From: an uncultured Ignavibacteriales bacterium
GTDB lineage: Bacteria > Zixibacteria > MSB-5A5 > GN15 > FEB-12
NCBI GenBank assembly: GCA_964489705.1
Contig: CAZAZQ010000005.1
Coordinates: forward strand, 101,496-165,495
Reading direction: 5' to 3'
Length of the DNA: 64,000 nt
A program made the translations under genes and the position numbers. The number at the start of each line of letters is the position of its first letter. Within the stretch, counting starts at the first letter, position 1. Below the pieces are notes generated by a model. That model made no database searches. It was not told the DNA's origin and saw only the letters and a program-made list of their open reading frames with translations. Shown one piece after another: positions 63,282 to 64,000 of this stretch.

Positions 63282-64000
63282 ATGCGATTTCTTTACCTTT
63301 GTGAGCAGGGGACAAAGGTCTCGTTGGAAGGTGAACGACTTGTCGTCACGAGGGATGGCGAGGTAAAAGGGCAAGTCCATCTTTTCAAGATAGATTCAAT
63401 CTTTGCTTTTGGTAACGTTAATTTTACCAACCCTGCTTTAACCGCTTTACTTCGTCAAGGAGTAACGACTTCTCTTTTCACTATCCACGGCCGTTTGAAA
63501 GGCTGTATTGTCCCGTTCAAATCAAAGAACATCGACATACGGCTAAAGCAGTTTACTCTTTTGAAAGATTCCTGCTTTTGTTTGACGCTGGGAAAGCGTA
63601 TTGTGAAAGCCAAGGTAGCTAATCAAATTGCAGTAATCCGGAGGTTTTCTTATAACCACCCGGAGTACAATTTTTCCCGCACCATCACTGCTCTCAGGCG
63701 TTTTTCTTATGCTTGCGATAAAGTGCAAACGCTGTCTTCACTTATGGGGGTGGAAGGGTCTGCGACGAGAGCATACTTTCAGGCGTTTAGTACTATGTTT
63801 CGTGCGCAAATCTCCTTTTCCAAACGTGAAAAGCGTCCCGCTCCGGATCCGTCAAACAGTTTGCTTTCTTTAGGCTATGTGCTGTTAACCCGGGAGATAA
63901 GTGGTTATTTGGAAGCATGTGGGCTAGATCCATACTTTGGTTTTTATCATCAGATTCGATATGGTCGGATGTCTTTAGCTTTGGATTTGATGGAGCCCTT
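63282..64000 (+). CDS. cas1: Cas1 integrase (5' part; the ORF runs off the window end)
   Basis: It is not in the ORF track because no stop is reached. Translation gives MRFLYLCEQGTKVSLEGERLVVTRDGEV...GVEGSATRAYFQAF...PAPDPSNSLLSLGYVLL...GLDPYFGFYHQIRYGRMSLALDLMEP, a typical Cas1. GTG 63255 is an alternative start. Confidence 0.85.
   Translation, partial: MRFLYLCEQGTKVSLEGERLVVTRDGEVKGQVHLFKIDSIFAFGNVNFTNPALTALLRQGVTTSLFTIHGRLKGCIVPFKSKNIDIRLKQFTLLKDSCFCLTLGKRIVKAKVANQIAVIRRFSYNHPEYNFSRTITALRRFSYACDKVQTLSSLMGVEGSATRAYFQAFSTMFRAQISFSKREKRPAPDPSNSLLSLGYVLLTREISGYLEACGLDPYFGFYHQIRYGRMSLALDLMEP

Noticed and set aside
55123-64000. Search for a second copy of the tRNA-Ser 3' end (attR) within the window
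   Set aside because: I did not notice a copy of GTTCGAATCCCTGTCTCTCC downstream of the integrase in this window. The island boundary therefore cannot be defined here, and absence by eye is not proof.

Overview
The window appears to come from a Gram-negative bacterium. T9SS parts, a Bat/MoxR locus, bacillithiol genes and archaeal-type lipid enzyme homologs suggest the FCB superphylum, but that taxonomy is inference only. Nt 1-40,075 is one long co-directional (+) block. It holds a T9SS unit: a PorU-like C25 peptidase, an unusually large PorV-like barrel, and an M6-like metalloprotease with a T9SS C-terminal domain. It continues with two tandem paralogous membrane proteins, an NHL-repeat lipoprotein, a 1102-aa predicted outer-membrane protein coupled to an Omp85-family gene, and a DGGGPS-like UbiA prenyltransferase. 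Next come an expanded MoxR/DUF58/BatA-E locus, a UPF0104-corA pair, a TetR-TolC-MFP-RND efflux operon, and bshC-bshA-bshB. Nt 40-53.6 kb holds mixed-strand housekeeping genes: a PflX-like radical SAM protein, an OMP, a PfkB kinase, a CDP-alcohol phosphatidyltransferase, obg, dprA, HPr, a SAM methyltransferase, lptG/lptF, a yhaM-like gene and fetA/fetB. It also holds an IS110-family transposase remnant embedded in structured repeats. From 53.8 kb the content changes to tRNA-Ser(GGA), a tyrosine integrase, and a complete type III-A (Csm) cas operon (cas6, cas10, csm2-5, a CARF-HEPN Cas02710/Csm6-like effector). cas1 runs off the window end, and no CRISPR array lies inside the window. The observations most worth follow-up are the integrase-linked CRISPR-Cas island, the PorV-like barrel with a ~550-aa propeller/LysM insertion, and the giant OMP plus Omp85 pair. 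The Bat locus with three BatD-family paralogs and the covarying hairpin repeats around the IS110 remnant also merit a look. All functional calls rest on motif recognition by eye. No database search was run.
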